NCBI GenBank assembly: GCA_963805015.1
Contig: CAWDSL010000030.1
Span: 6,258-70,257 of the forward strand
Length of the DNA stretch: 64,000 nucleotides
Origin: an uncultured bacterium
GTDB taxonomy: Bacteria; Acidobacteriota; Aminicenantia; Aminicenantales; Saccharicenantaceae
Direction of reading: 5' to 3'
Positions within the stretch are counted from its first letter, which is position 1. The number at the start of each line of letters is the position of its first letter. The translations under genes and the position numbers were made by a program. The notes beneath the pieces were generated by a model. The model was not told where the DNA came from, made no database searches, and saw nothing but the letters and a program-made list of their open reading frames with translations. Below are positions 10,112 to 21,190 of the stretch, one piece after another.

Positions 10112-13100
10112 ATGAAGTCTCTCAGATCGCTTTCCATGACGGCTTTCGCCGTCCTTCTCCTGGCCGGGGTCCTCTCAGCCCAGGCTCCGACAGCCGGCAG
10201 GATCATCGGCACGGTCAAAGACGACCAGGGGGCGCCGCTCCCCGGCGTCACGGTGGAGGCGAAGGGCACGCGCCTCGTGGGCATCGCGGCCGCCGTCTCC
10301 GACGCGAACGGCGTTTACCGCCTGCTCGCCCTTCCCCCCGGCGCCTACGCCATCACCTATAGCCTCCAGGGCTTCGGCGCGGTCGTCCGCAACGATATCG
10401 TCCTGGCCGTCGAACAGGCGCTGGTCGTGGACGTCTCCCTGAAGCCCAGCGCCGTCGAAGAGGAGGTCGTGGTCGTCGGCCAGGCCCCGCTCATCGACGT
10501 CAAGAACACGGCCCGGGGTCAGGTCCTCACGGCCGAGACCTTCAACGCCCTGCCCAAGGGCCGCAGCTTCGATTCGCTGGTGACCATCCTGCCGGGCGTC
10601 CAAAGCGAGGACGACCTGCTCGACGGCATCTCGGTCGACGGCGCCTCGGGGGCCGAGAACGTTTTTTTCGTCGACGGGACGGACACCTCGGACCTGAACG
10701 GCGGGACCCGCAAGCAGAACGTGGTCTTCGATTTCGCCGAGGAGGTCCAGTTCAAGGCCTCCGGCTATAACGCCGAATACGGCGGCTCGGTCGGCGGCGT
10801 CGTCAACGTCATCACCCGCTCGGGCGGCAACGCCTTCCACGGCGAGCTCGTCGGCTACTATTCGGGCACGGCCCTCGAGGGCCAGCGCCGCGACAAGCTG
10901 TCGCTCGACCTGAGCGATGACGATCTGGCCCGCTATTACCCCTACGACGAGTACGTCGGCAAGGACACGGAGCACGCCTACGAAGTCGGCTTCCTCCTCG
11001 GCGGCTACGTCGTCAAGGACCGTCTCTGGTTCTTCGGGGCCTTCACTCCGGGGATCTTCCAGCGGAACCGGGTCATGGACATGGCCATCCAGGGCGATAC
11101 GGGTGTCAATTCCTATGATAGGACCGAGGAAAGCTGGAACGCCTCCTTCAAGCTGACCGCCCAGCCCCTGAAGAACCTCCGGGCCGGGGCCAGCTTCGTC
11201 ATGAACCTCTTCAAGTACAAGGGCGGCAGCGATCCCATGACCTACCCGTCCGACCAGACCTACGCCGCCACCTCCAACGCGACGGGCGACTACAACAACC
11301 TCGGCTACTCCTATCCGAACTACTCGGTCACCGCCTATGCCGACCTGACCCTCAGCAACAACGCCCTGCTCAGCGTCCGCGGCGGATACTTCTACAGCAA
11401 CATGAACAACCGCGTCGCGCCCCTGCCCTCGACCCCCTACTACGGCTTCCGCCTCGAGCAGCCCGGCGGCTACGCCTTCGTCACCAACGACATGTTCCCC
11501 GAGATCCCGGACGAGCTCGTCCATCCGGCGGGCTGGCAAAACTTCCCCCGGGCCAACGTCCTGGGCCTCGTCCAGCGAATGGACGGACGGCTGAGCGCGA
11601 ACGCCGATTTCACGTACTATCTCAATCTCGGCGGCGAGCACGCTTTCAAGGCGGGCGTCCAGTTCATGCGCCGCACCCAGAACGTCAACGAGACGGGCCA
11701 GGTGCCGGTCATCTACCTGGGCTGGGACCAGGAGCTCGACGCCTACGGCACGAACTACGGCCGCGGCACCTACGGGTACTATGCCGTCCGCGGCTTCGCC
11801 GACGCCGGTCCCTACGGCGACAACTACCTCGTCAACATGAACAGCTGGTCCCTGTATCTCCAGGACAGCTGGACGATCGCCGGCCGGCTGACCCTCAACC
11901 TCGGCCTGCGCGCCGAATCGGAGTACCTGCCGAGCTACACGACCGATCCGCTCTTTTCCAGCATCCAGAAGCCGATCAACTTCTCCTTCGCCGACAAGCT
12001 CGCGCCCCGCGTCGGCTTCGCCTACGACGTCTTCGGCGACTCGAGCCTCAAGGTCTTCGGCAGCTTCGGCATCTTCACGGACGTCATGAAGCTCAACATG
12101 GGCGCCAACGGCCTGGGCGGCTTCAAGTGGCAGAGCGCCTATTACACCCTCGACGATTGGGATTATACCCAGATCGGTATCGACGGCAATTTCCCCGGCA
12201 CCCTGCTCACGATCATCGACTTCCGTCCGCCCCTCTTCGACGTCATCGACCCCGACATGAAGCCCTTCACCCAGCGGGAGATCTCCTTCGGCCTCGAGAA
12301 GAAGCTGGCCGAGGACACTTCGCTCTCCCTGCGCCTGGTCAACAAGAAAGTCCTCTGGGCCATCGAGGACGTCGGCGTCCCCATCGAGAACTACTACTAC
12401 GGCAATCCCGGCAGTGAATTCATGCACAACATCTTCGAGGAATGCCGCGAGAGCGGCCTGCTCCTGCCCGGGACCCCGGACGCGCCCAAGGCCAAGCGGG
12501 ACTATTACGCCATGAACCTGTCGCTCGAGAAGCGCTTCAGCCACAGCTGGCAGGGCGGCGTGTCCTACACGCTCAGCCGGCTGGCCGGCAACTACAGCGG
12601 GCTGGCCTCGTCCGACGAGGACGGCCGGAACTCGCCGAACGGCGAGAGGTTCTGGGACATGTGGCACCTGTCCTACGACAAAGCGCTCAATCCGATCGAC
12701 GGCGCCCTGCCGACCGACCGGACGCATTCCCTCAAGGCTTACGGCAGCTACGCCCTGCCCTTCGGCCTGACCGTGGGCCTGGTGGCCAACGCCTACAGCG
12801 GCACTCCGATCACCGAGGAGTGGAACGTCGATTCGGTGGGCTACTTCCCGTACAACCGGGGCAACATGGGCCGGACGCCGTTCGTTTTCTTCGCCAACGG
12901 CTACGCCGAGTACGAAGTCCGGCTGGGCGGCCGCAAATCGCTCCGGTTCAACGTCAACGTCGACAACATCTTCAACGCCCGGACGGCCCAGCGGATCTAT
13001 TCGCTGAAGTACCGGTACAACATCTCGCCCGGCGACGCGGCGCTGCTCGCGCTCGATTGGCAGCCGGACCCGGACGAGCCTCTCGATCCGCGATTCGGGA

Positions 13101-13159
13101 TGCCCTACAGCTTCATGGCCCCCATTTCCGGGCGCTTCGGCGTGCGGTTCACGTTCTAG
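10112..13159 (+). CDS. TonB-dependent receptor (Oar-like) with carboxypeptidase-regulatory-like N-domain
   Basis: Signal peptide, GRIIGTVKDDQGAPLPGVTVE, plug motif NAEYGGSVGGVVNVITRSGGN, LTLNLGLRAE, terminal RFGVRFTF; RBS AAGGAG. Confidence 0.92.
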   Translation: MKSLRSLSMTAFAVLLLAGVLSAQAPTAGRIIGTVKDDQGAPLPGVTVEAKGTRLVGIAAAVSDANGVYRLLALPPGAYAITYSLQGFGAVVRNDIVLAVEQALVVDVSLKPSAVEEEVVVVGQAPLIDVKNTARGQVLTAETFNALPKGRSFDSLVTILPGVQSEDDLLDGISVDGASGAENVFFVDGTDTSDLNGGTRKQNVVFDFAEEVQFKASGYNAEYGGSVGGVVNVITRSGGNAFHGELVGYYSGTALEGQRRDKLSLDLSDDDLARYYPYDEYVGKDTEHAYEVGFLLGGYVVKDRLWFFGAFTPGIFQRNRVMDMAIQGDTGVNSYDRTEESWNASFKLTAQPLKNLRAGASFVMNLFKYKGGSDPMTYPSDQTYAATSNATGDYNNLGYSYPNYSVTAYADLTLSNNALLSVRGGYFYSNMNNRVAPLPSTPYYGFRLEQPGGYAFVTNDMFPEIPDELVHPAGWQNFPRANVLGLVQRMDGRLSANADFTYYLNLGGEHAFKAGVQFMRRTQNVNETGQVPVIYLGWDQELDAYGTNYGRGTYGYYAVRGFADAGPYGDNYLVNMNSWSLYLQDSWTIAGRLTLNLGLRAESEYLPSYTTDPLFSSIQKPINFSFADKLAPRVGFAYDVFGDSSLKVFGSFGIFTDVMKLNMGANGLGGFKWQSAYYTLDDWDYTQIGIDGNFPGTLLTIIDFRPPLFDVIDPDMKPFTQREISFGLEKKLAEDTSLSLRLVNKKVLWAIEDVGVPIENYYYGNPGSEFMHNIFEECRESGLLLPGTPDAPKAKRDYYAMNLSLEKRFSHSWQGGVSYTLSRLAGNYSGLASSDEDGRNSPNGERFWDMWHLSYDKALNPIDGALPTDRTHSLKAYGSYALPFGLTVGLVANAYSGTPITEEWNVDSVGYFPYNRGNMGRTPFVFFANGYAEYEVRLGGRKSLRFNVNVDNIFNARTAQRIYSLKYRYNISPGDAALLALDWQPDPDEPLDPRFGMPYSFMAPISGRFGVRFTF

Positions 13160-13168
13160 ACGATCTGC

Positions 13169-13235
13169 GAGGGGAGTGACGCGGAGCCCGTCACGGCCCG
13201 CCCCAATCCCGGAGGGGCGGGCCACCCCTCTTTTT
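13169..13235 (+). terminator. Intrinsic terminator with three-way-junction architecture
   Basis: Outer GAGGGG/CCCCTC stem encloses GTGACG/CGTCAC and GGCCCGCCCC/GGGGCGGGCC hairpins, followed by a T-tract. Confidence 0.7.
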
Positions 13236-13260
13236 CTTGCCTTCCCCCGGCCCGGGGACG

Positions 13261-15694
13261 CTAACGGGCCTTGCCGGCGGTGGCCGGCAGGGACGACAAG
13301 CGGCCCCGGGCCTCCTCTATCTCGCGCCGGCCGGGCTCGGCGTCCTTCCAGAGCCCGAGGAACGCGCGATAGCCGTCGCGGGCCGCGTCCGCCCGTCCGA
13401 GCTTCTCGTCGAGCCGGGCCAGGTCGAGGACCGCCAGGGCATAGCGCCCTTCGGAGCGCAGGATGTCGCCGGGCGAGCCGGCGAGCGTTCTCAAGACCTC
13501 GGCGGCCCCGGCTGCGTCGCCGGCCCGCTCCCGGGCCGCGGCGAGAGCGCGGCCGTAAAGGAAGATCCGGCCGTCGAAATGGTCGCGCCGGGCGACCATC
13601 GATGCGGCCTTCCCGATGAGCTTGGCGGCTTCGGCGGGCCGGCCCGCGTCGAGCTCGATGAGCCCCCTCAGGAACTCTTGTTCGCGCCGCAGCCGGGTCG
13701 TCTTGCCCGTCGAGGCCAGGGCCAGGGACTGGACCGCCGTCGCTTCGGCGGCCGCGGCGTCCCCCGCGGAGAGCTGGGCCGTTGCCAGGAAGGTGAGCGC
13801 CGCGGCGAGCCGATAGCCCTGGCTCGCCTTGCGGGCCGCTTCGACCGCTTTCCCCGCCTCGGTCACGGCGGCTGCGGCGTTCCCAGCGTAGAGATAGGCC
13901 TGGCCCCGGCTGAGACGGAGGCTCGACACCCAGTCGTGCTGGCCGGTCGTCTCGGCCACGTCGGCCCCCTTGCCGAGCTCCTCCACGGCCTCACGGCACC
14001 GTCCTTCCGCCATGGCGACGGAGCCGAGCCGCTCGTGGGCCTTCAGGAACCAGGGCGCCTCCTCCATGAGGAAGAGGCGGCGGAACTCCTCCCGGGCCGC
14101 CGCGGCGCCCTGCGTATGGAACAGGACCGTGCCGCGCCAATAGGACCAGGAGGGATCGGGGAAGACGGAGACGGCCTTATCGAGCACGGCCCCGGCCGCC
14201 GCGAAGTCCTGGTTGTCGATCTGGATGTCGAGCAGGGTCTCGTAGACCAGCCGGTTGGCCGGGTGCTCCTCGTGGTAGGACTCGAGGAGCCGGACCGCGT
14301 CCCCGCCCCGGCCCAGGGCGTTCAGCGAAATCGCCCTCGTATGGTAGGGGAAGGGGCTGTCCGTGCCCCTGCGGATGGGGACCTCGGCGCACCTGGCCGC
14401 GGCGGCGTAATCCTCGAGATCGAAGTAGAGCATGGCCAGGTTGTTGTTCGCGACGATGTCGTCCGGATGGCCCTCGAGGACCATTTCGAAGGCCTCGACG
14501 CCCAGGGGGAACGTCGATTCCGAGAGGCTGTAGTAGTCGCCCCGGATGAGGTGGCGCTCCCGGGAGCTCTCGGGCAGGCCGCCGCTCAGGTCGAAAGCCG
14601 TCCGCGCGTAATCGATCTCCTGAGCGAAGTACCCGAGGTTCCGGGCGTCGACCGACATGAGCCGGTAGGCCATGGCGAACTTCGGATCGAGCTCGACGGC
14701 CTTCTTCAGCATGAGGAGGCTCTGCTCGTAGTCGCCCGTGGCGTGATAGCGCTGGGCTTCCGCGTAGTACCTGTAGGCCAGGGCGTAGGACGTGGTCAGG
14801 TCTTCGACGTCGAGGTCGACGTCCTCCCCGGCCGCGGCCGACCTCTGGGCGAGCCCGGACTTGACCTGGCGGACGAGCGCGTCGGCCTCGTCGAGCAGGC
14901 CTTGTTCGTCGGCGCAGACGATCCGGTCGGTCCGGACGGTGTCCCCGGTCCGGGCGTCCTGGAGGAAGGTCGTCACGACGATCGCGCTGCCGGCCTTCAT
15001 CAAGGTGCCGCAGAGGAGGTAATCGGCCTTCAGCTCCCGGGCCAGGCGCCGCAGCTCCTCCCGCGAGAAGCGGCGGCTCGTGGTCAGGCCGTGCTTCCTG
15101 AGGGCCCCGTAGACGAGGTCGCTCCCCACGGTCCGGAGACGCCGCGATTGGAGGAGGTCCGTGGTCAGGAGCGTCGGGAAGCCGGTCGCCCATTTCTCGA
15201 GGTCCGGGTCGCCCGAGGCGTTCTCGAAATCGAGGACGGCCAGGGCCGGCGCCGGCGGAAGGACGGCCGGGGCCTTTCCCCTCTGCCAGGGCTTCCAGGC
15301 GACCAGGGCGACGATCGCGACGCCGAGGACGAGGACCGCGGGGAGCGCCGCCCGGCGAGGCGCGAGCCCGGCCCGGAACGGGGACGGACCCGGCGGCCGG
15401 GGCGCGTCCGGTCTCTTCGAGCGCGGGCTGGAACGAGCGGACGAGCTGGATGCGGTTCCGGACGCCGAGCTTCCGGTAGATGTTGTGGATGTGGTTCTTG
15501 ACCGTATGGTCGGAGATGAAGAGCTCCGCGGTGATCCGCTTGTTGTCTTTGCCCTCGAGGAGCAGGCGGATGATCTCGCCTTCGCGGGCCGTGATCCCGA
15601 ACCGCTCGGCGCAGGCGGCGAAGGCGTCCCCGTTCTTCACGCGGAGGGAGGCCGCCGGTCCGGTCCGGCGGACGAGCGAACGGAACAAGCCCAT
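13261..15694 (-). CDS. LuxR-type HTH, TM, TolB_N/FlgO-like, TPR protein; one apparent +1 frameshift in the GC-rich linker (~15360-15420)
   Basis: GITAREGEIIRLLLEGKDNKRITAELFISDHTVKNHIHNIYRKLGV; next frame gives TM AALPAVLVLGVAIVALVAW, then LAVLDFENASGDPDL and TPR repeats (KKAVELDPKFAMAY). Confidence 0.8.
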
Positions 15695-15791
15695 CCCGGT
15701 TTCACCTCGCTCCTGGAGCCAGGGCGGTCATGACCTGACGAACGCATCCATGATATCGCCCGTCCGGAGGGGTGTCAAACGGGTGAACGGG

Positions 15792-16964
15792 TCAGCGGCC
15801 GTGACTCTCCACGAGCTTCGAGCCGAACCAGGCCCAGACGGCCTTGTTGAACGCTACGCTCGGCGGCGTGCCCTCGAGGATGGCCAGGAAGCTGGTGGGG
15901 GCGTCGCCCGGCTTCTGGCGGTGGCGCGGTTCGGCGTCGAAGAGCAGGGGATGCTCGGGGTGGAACTGGACGCCGAGCACGGCGCGATACTTGGCGTGCT
16001 CGACGGCCTCGACGATCCGCCCGTCGCGCGAGCTGGCGATGGCCACCAATCCCTTGCCCATCCGCTCCAGGGCCTGGTGATGCGAGCTCAGGATGCGCGG
16101 GTGGTCGGACGACTTGAAACCCATCCCCTTGACGAAAAGCCCCGTGTCGCCGAGCTGGAGCGAATGGAAGTTGTAGCCGATGAGCTTGTCGAGGGGGAAA
16201 AGCACGCGGTAGGGATTGTTGTGCCACTGCTCGGGGCCGAGGGCGATGACGTCCTCGGCCGTCGTCTTGCCGTAGGCCTCCGTCCAGATGTCCTGGACGA
16301 GCGTCCCGCCCGTGCCGACGTTGAGCGTCTGGAAGCCCAGGCAGATGCCGAGGACCGGGAAGCCGGGGCGCCCCTCGAGGAGCGGGACGGACTTCTCGTC
16401 CTGGGACCCGCCGAGGAGGTGGAAGACGGCCGAGGCCTCGAGGTAGTGGCGGTAGGGGTCGCTGATCTCGGTGAGCAGGAGCGTCTTCTCGCCGAAGACC
16501 GAGGGCGGGATGTCGGGGCCGCCGAAGAAGATGACCCCGTCGGCCTTCTTCACGATCGTCTCGAACTCGGGCGTGCAGGGGTTCTTTTTGAACAGGACCG
16601 GCTCGCTGATCTCGGCCGAGACGACGTGGAACTTGAACCAGCCGAGCTTGTTCTCTTCGACGTACTTGCGGCTGTCGGCGAAGTTCCCGGTCTGCCGCTC
16701 GTGGTAGACGCCGACGACGGTCAGGCCGGGGACGTCGAGGACGCCGTTCTTGCGCAGCGTCGCCAGGGCCCGGATGTTGAAGGTCTCGGGATTGAAGACG
16801 ACCAGGCGGACCGAGCCGTCCCGGTCGGGCGCGCCGTCGAGCCAGCGGTCGGGGGCCGGCGCGGGCGTCTGGCTGGCCAGGGGCACGGCCGCGGCCAGGA
16901 CCAGGGCCAGGGCGATGAATACGAGGGCGGAATGGGGGGATCTCGGGGCCGGGATCGTCATCAT
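15792..16964 (-). CDS. Gamma-glutamyl-gamma-aminobutyrate hydrolase family (peptidase C26) with signal peptide
   Basis: DGVIFFGGPDI, LGICLGFQTLNV (catalytic Cys), SSHHQA, GVQFHPE (His-Glu); hydrophobic N-terminus. Confidence 0.85.
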   Translation of the reverse strand: MMTIPAPRSPHSALVFIALALVLAAAVPLASQTPAPAPDRWLDGAPDRDGSVRLVVFNPETFNIRALATLRKNGVLDVPGLTVVGVYHERQTGNFADSRKYVEENKLGWFKFHVVSAEISEPVLFKKNPCTPEFETIVKKADGVIFFGGPDIPPSVFGEKTLLLTEISDPYRHYLEASAVFHLLGGSQDEKSVPLLEGRPGFPVLGICLGFQTLNVGTGGTLVQDIWTEAYGKTTAEDVIALGPEQWHNNPYRVLFPLDKLIGYNFHSLQLGDTGLFVKGMGFKSSDHPRILSSHHQALERMGKGLVAIASSRDGRIVEAVEHAKYRAVLGVQFHPEHPLLFDAEPRHRQKPGDAPTSFLAILEGTPPSVAFNKAVWAWFGSKLVESHGR

Positions 16965-17357
16965 GGGCGCACCTCCGCGGGGTCCGGGATTACTCCGCGT
17001 ATTATAGGCGTCCGCGCACTCCCTCGCAACCTCCGTCCTCCCGCTTCACGCCGGATGCTACAATGGAAGTGGGCATCATCTCCCGAAAAAGGGTCTGGGA
17101 TCGAACCGGCGGAAAGACGGCCGAGATCTGGCGCTGTCGATTGGAGGACAGGCGGGAGATCACGGTCGAGCGGCTCGAATACGGGGTTTGACAGGTCTTC
17201 GCCAGGAGATGAACGCTTATGGGCAACCGGTTACCCCGAAGGGAACCTTTCCCGGATCGTTTTCGTCATTTCCTGCGCAGGGAGTGATATCGCCGCCCGG
17301 CCGCAGCGTAGTACAGGGCGATGGATCCCCGGTCATCCCGATATGAGGAAAGATGTC

Positions 17358-19523
17358 ATGACAAAAAGAGCGACCCTCGCGGTGATCGCCATAGTCCTGG
17401 CGGCCGGGTCCGCCCTGGCCTTTCCCGCCGCCCAGACGCCCGCCAAGGAGCCCCTCCGCATCCCGCGCCTGGCGGAAGCCCCCAAGATCGACGGTGTCCT
17501 CGACAATCCCATCTGGGAGACCCAGGCCCTCAAGGTCGAGAATTTCATCCAGCTCGCGCCCAAGGAGAACGGCGCCCCGACCGAGAGGACCGTCGCCTAT
17601 CTCGGCTTCGACGAGAAGCACCTCTATATCGCCTTCCGGGCCTTCGATTCCCAGCCGTCCAAGGTCCGCTGCTCCATCACCAAGCGCGACGGCTGCATGG
17701 AGGACGACTGGGTCTTCGCCATGATCGACACCTTCAACGAGAAGCGCAGGGCCTTTTCCTTCCTCATCAACCCCGCCGGCGTCCAGATGGACATGATGCG
17801 CGTCGAAGAGGGCGGCAACGACAACATGGACGACAGCTGGGACACCGTATTCGCCTCCGACGGCAAGATCGACGCGGAGGGCTACACGGTCGAGATGGCC
17901 ATCCCGTTCAAGAGCCTGCGCTTCCCGGACCAGGACCTCAAGACCTGGAACATCGTCCTCGGCCGCAACCTGCCCCGGACCGGGGAGGTCATCATGTACC
18001 CGAACTTCTCCCGCGACATCCCCGGGCTCCTCTCGAACGGCCAGACCTATACCCTCCAGGGCGCCGTCGAGCGCAGCCGGAACGTCGAGGTCATGCCCTT
18101 CGTCACCTCGCTCGCCCGGGGCGGGGCGTCGGTCGAGGGAAGCAAGTTCGCCTTCGAGCCGGGCGCCAACTTCAAGCTCGGCGTCTCCTCCAACATGACC
18201 GTCGACCTGACGGCCAACCCCGATTTCAGCCAGATCGAGGCCGACGAGCCCAAGATCGACTACAACGTCCGCTACGCCCTGCGCTACAACGAGAAACGGC
18301 CCTTCTTCCTGGAGGGCATGGAGATCTTCAATTCGCCCGAGATCGAGACCGTCTACACCCGCCAGATCAACGACCCCATCTTCGGGGCCAAGGCCTCCGG
18401 CAAGTCCGGGCGCTTCACCTACGGGCTGCTGTCGGCCTACGACATGCACCCCGTCGAAAGCCTCTGGGACATCTCCGGCGGGGAGGGCCTGCCCGATACC
18501 AAGTCCTTCTCCAACGTCTTCCGGACCAAGGCCGACGTCGGCCAGGGCTCCTATGTCGGGTTCACCCTGACCGACAAGGAGCTCGGCGGCGGCACCTGGA
18601 GCCGGCTCGGCGGCCTCGACGGCCAGCTGCGCTTCAAGGACCGGGTCTTCTTCAACTTCCAGGCCCTGGCCTCGAGCTCGAGCTTCGAGGGCGACCGGAC
18701 GGATCTCGCGCCGGGCCTCTACGGCGAGCTCTACTACACGAACAAGCACTTCACGGTGGGCGGCTACTACAAGGCCATCCACCCGGACTTCCAGGCCTCC
18801 CTGGGCTTCGTCAACCGGACCGACTACCGGACCGTCGGCGGCTTCGCTTCCTACCACATCTACACGGACAAGAAGTTCCTCAACCAGATCCAGCTCCGGC
18901 TCCAGGCCGGGCAGCGCTTCGGCTACGCCGACAGCGTCAAGCAGGACACCTGGATCCGGCCCCAGGTCCAGTTCCGGCTGACCGAGTTCAACCAGGTCTT
19001 CGTCATGTACGAGGCCGGCCTGGAGCGGTTCGCCGGCGTCGATTTCAAGAAGCAGAACATCTCGATCGAGTCGCAGTTCACCGTCATCAGCTGGATGCCC
19101 TTCTTCCTCTTCTTCGAGACCGGCGACAGCATCAACTACGACCCGGACAACGCCTATCTCGGCTACAGCAACACCTACGGCGTGTCCCTGACCTTCAAGC
19201 CCAGCAAGCGGCTGCAGCTCGGCACCGACTTCAGCAAGCAGACTTTTTGGGACCGGGCCGACGGCGCGGGGAACTGGGACTACAACGTCGTCCGGGAGAA
19301 GGCGACCTACCAGGTCAGCAAGACGCTGTCCTTCCGGGCCATCGTCGACTACAACTTCTTCTACAAGGAGGCCTTCGGCAGCCTCCTCGCGAGCTGGGTC
19401 CTGCGGCCCGGCACCGTCTTCTTCCTGGGCTTCGACAACAACTACCTCCGGGACGAGTTCGGCCACCTCCTCCGGGACAACTACAACGTCTTCGTCAAGT
19501 TCTCCTACTGGTGGCGCCTCTAA
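17358..19523 (+). CDS. DUF5916 / CBM9-like domain outer-membrane protein
   Basis: Signal peptide; PKIDGVLD, TVEMAIPFKSLRF, DLTANPDFSQIEAD, EKRPFFLEG, YTRQI; ends FSYWWRL. Confidence 0.8.
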   Translation: MTKRATLAVIAIVLAAGSALAFPAAQTPAKEPLRIPRLAEAPKIDGVLDNPIWETQALKVENFIQLAPKENGAPTERTVAYLGFDEKHLYIAFRAFDSQPSKVRCSITKRDGCMEDDWVFAMIDTFNEKRRAFSFLINPAGVQMDMMRVEEGGNDNMDDSWDTVFASDGKIDAEGYTVEMAIPFKSLRFPDQDLKTWNIVLGRNLPRTGEVIMYPNFSRDIPGLLSNGQTYTLQGAVERSRNVEVMPFVTSLARGGASVEGSKFAFEPGANFKLGVSSNMTVDLTANPDFSQIEADEPKIDYNVRYALRYNEKRPFFLEGMEIFNSPEIETVYTRQINDPIFGAKASGKSGRFTYGLLSAYDMHPVESLWDISGGEGLPDTKSFSNVFRTKADVGQGSYVGFTLTDKELGGGTWSRLGGLDGQLRFKDRVFFNFQALASSSSFEGDRTDLAPGLYGELYYTNKHFTVGGYYKAIHPDFQASLGFVNRTDYRTVGGFASYHIYTDKKFLNQIQLRLQAGQRFGYADSVKQDTWIRPQVQFRLTEFNQVFVMYEAGLERFAGVDFKKQNISIESQFTVISWMPFFLFFETGDSINYDPDNAYLGYSNTYGVSLTFKPSKRLQLGTDFSKQTFWDRADGAGNWDYNVVREKATYQVSKTLSFRAIVDYNFFYKEAFGSLLASWVLRPGTVFFLGFDNNYLRDEFGHLLRDNYNVFVKFSYWWRL

Positions 19524-19525
19524 GC

Positions 19526-19595
19526 AAAAGAAGGGACCTGGTCTTCACGACTGCCGGATCCCCCCTGGAGATGTGAAGACCTGGTCCCTTCTTTT
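19526..19595. repeat. 23-bp inverted repeat (1 mismatch) with GGGACCTGGTC core; terminator or REP-like
   Basis: AAAAGAAGGGACCTGGTCTTCAC ... GTGAAGACCTGGTCCCTTCTTTT, 2 nt after the DUF5916 stop. Confidence 0.75.
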
Positions 19596-19636
19596 TTCCT
19601 GAGTTCGGTGCTAAGATAGCCGGCGCCGGGGAGACC

Positions 19637-21044
19637 ATGGGCAAGTACCGCTGCCGCATCTGTCATTACATCTACAACGAGAAGACCGAGGGCGTCTTCT
19701 TCGACGACCTCTTCCCCGACTGGATCTGCCCCGTCTGCGGGGCGGCCAAGTCGGAGTTCGACCGGCTCGAGGACGAGCCCGCGCCGCCGCCCCCGCCGGC
19801 CGAGCCCGTCCGGGAGCCGAAGTCGATCGAAGACCTCCGCCGCGCCTCCGACGAGCTCGAGACGCGCATGGCCGACATCCACCGCATGGCCCTGTCCGGG
19901 GAGTCGGTCATCGAGCCGATGCGGACGCGCAAGCCCGTCGTGTCCTGGGACGACATCCTGATCAAGGGCGCCCAGCTGGCCCGTCTGCCGCTCAACCGCG
20001 ACGAGACCGTGGACACCAGGACGGTCATCGGGCCCGGGGCGAAAAAGCCCCTGGTCATCGGAACTCCGATCATCATCAGCCACATGTCGTTCGGGGCGCT
20101 GTCGAAGGAGGCCCACTCCGCCCTGGCCCTCGGCAGCGGCGCGGCGGGCACGGCCATGGGCTCGGGCGAGGGCGGCATCCTGCCCGAGGCCCTGGGCCTG
20201 GCCCACAAATTCATCTTCGAGTACGTCCCCAACCGCTACGGCGCCACCGCGGAAAACCTGGCGCGGGTCGACGCCGTCGAGATCAAGATCGGCCAGTCGG
20301 CCAAGCCGGGCATGGGCGGGCATCTGCCCGCGAGCAAAGTGACCGCGGAGATCGCCGCCCTGCGCGGCTTCCCCGAGGGAGCGGACATCGTCAGCCCCAC
20401 GCGCTTCCCCGACATCGCCACGCGGCAGGACCTGCGGCGCAAGGTCGACGAGCTGCGGGAGCTCTCGGGCGGCCTCCCCGTCGGCATCAAGTTCGCCGCC
20501 GGCGACGTCGAGGCCGACCTCGATTTCGCCCTGTCGGCGGGGCCGGATTTCATCACCATCGACGGCCGGGCCGGGGCCACCGGCGCCGCCGTCAAGCTCA
20601 TCAAGGACGCGACCTCCATCCCCACGATCTACGCCCTCGACCGGGCCCGCCGCTACTCTCGAGGCGCGCGGCATCGAGGGCGTGACGCTCATCGCGACCG
20701 GGGGCTTGCGCGTCTCGTCGGATTTCGTCAAGGCCCTGGCCCTCGGCGCCGACGTCGTGGCCGTCGGCACGGCCGCGCTCATGGCCATCGGCTGCCAGCA
20801 GTACCGCATCTGCGATTCCGGGCGCTGCCCCGTCGGCATCGCCACCCAGGACCCGGGCCTGCGGGCCCGGCTCGACGTCGACGAGGCGGGCCGCGGGCTG
20901 GCCAATTTCCTGCGCGTCTCGACCGAGGAGCTCCGGGACTTCGCCCGGCTCACCGGGCACGACAGCATCCACACGCTCTCCGTGCGCGATCTGGTCACGA
21001 CGAGCTCCGAGATCTCGAACTACACCTCCATCCCTCACGCGTAG
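19637..21044 (+). CDS. Rubredoxin-fused FMN-binding glutamate synthase-like protein, one apparent +1 frameshift at ~20657
   Basis: CRICHYIY...WICPVCG rubredoxin; SHMSFGALS, GSGEGG, EIKIGQSAKPGMGGHLP, DFITIDG, CQQYRICDSGRCPVGIATQD. Confidence 0.88.
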
Positions 21045-21143
21045 ATCAACGGGCTGTCCTCGTTTTTTCTTTCCTCCTGACCTCGTGAGAATACCCGTCT
21101 CGGGAGGCCGTCTCATTAAATGTGATCAAAGCCTCTAATCAGC

Positions 21144-21172
21144 TTGACAGCGCGGTTAGTATGACCTATGGT
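21144..21172 (+). promoter_or_regulatory. sigma70 promoter of the RHH-MazF TA pair
   Basis: TTGACA-N17-TATGGT, overlapped by a GTAT...ATAC inverted element. Confidence 0.65.
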
Positions 21173-21190
21173 AATACCTTAGACCAGAAG

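Noticed and set aside
17200-17342. c-di-GMP-I-like GGCAACC...GAA hairpin upstream of DUF5916
   Set aside because: Lacks the downstream GACGCAAAG element; only a generic hairpin is present.
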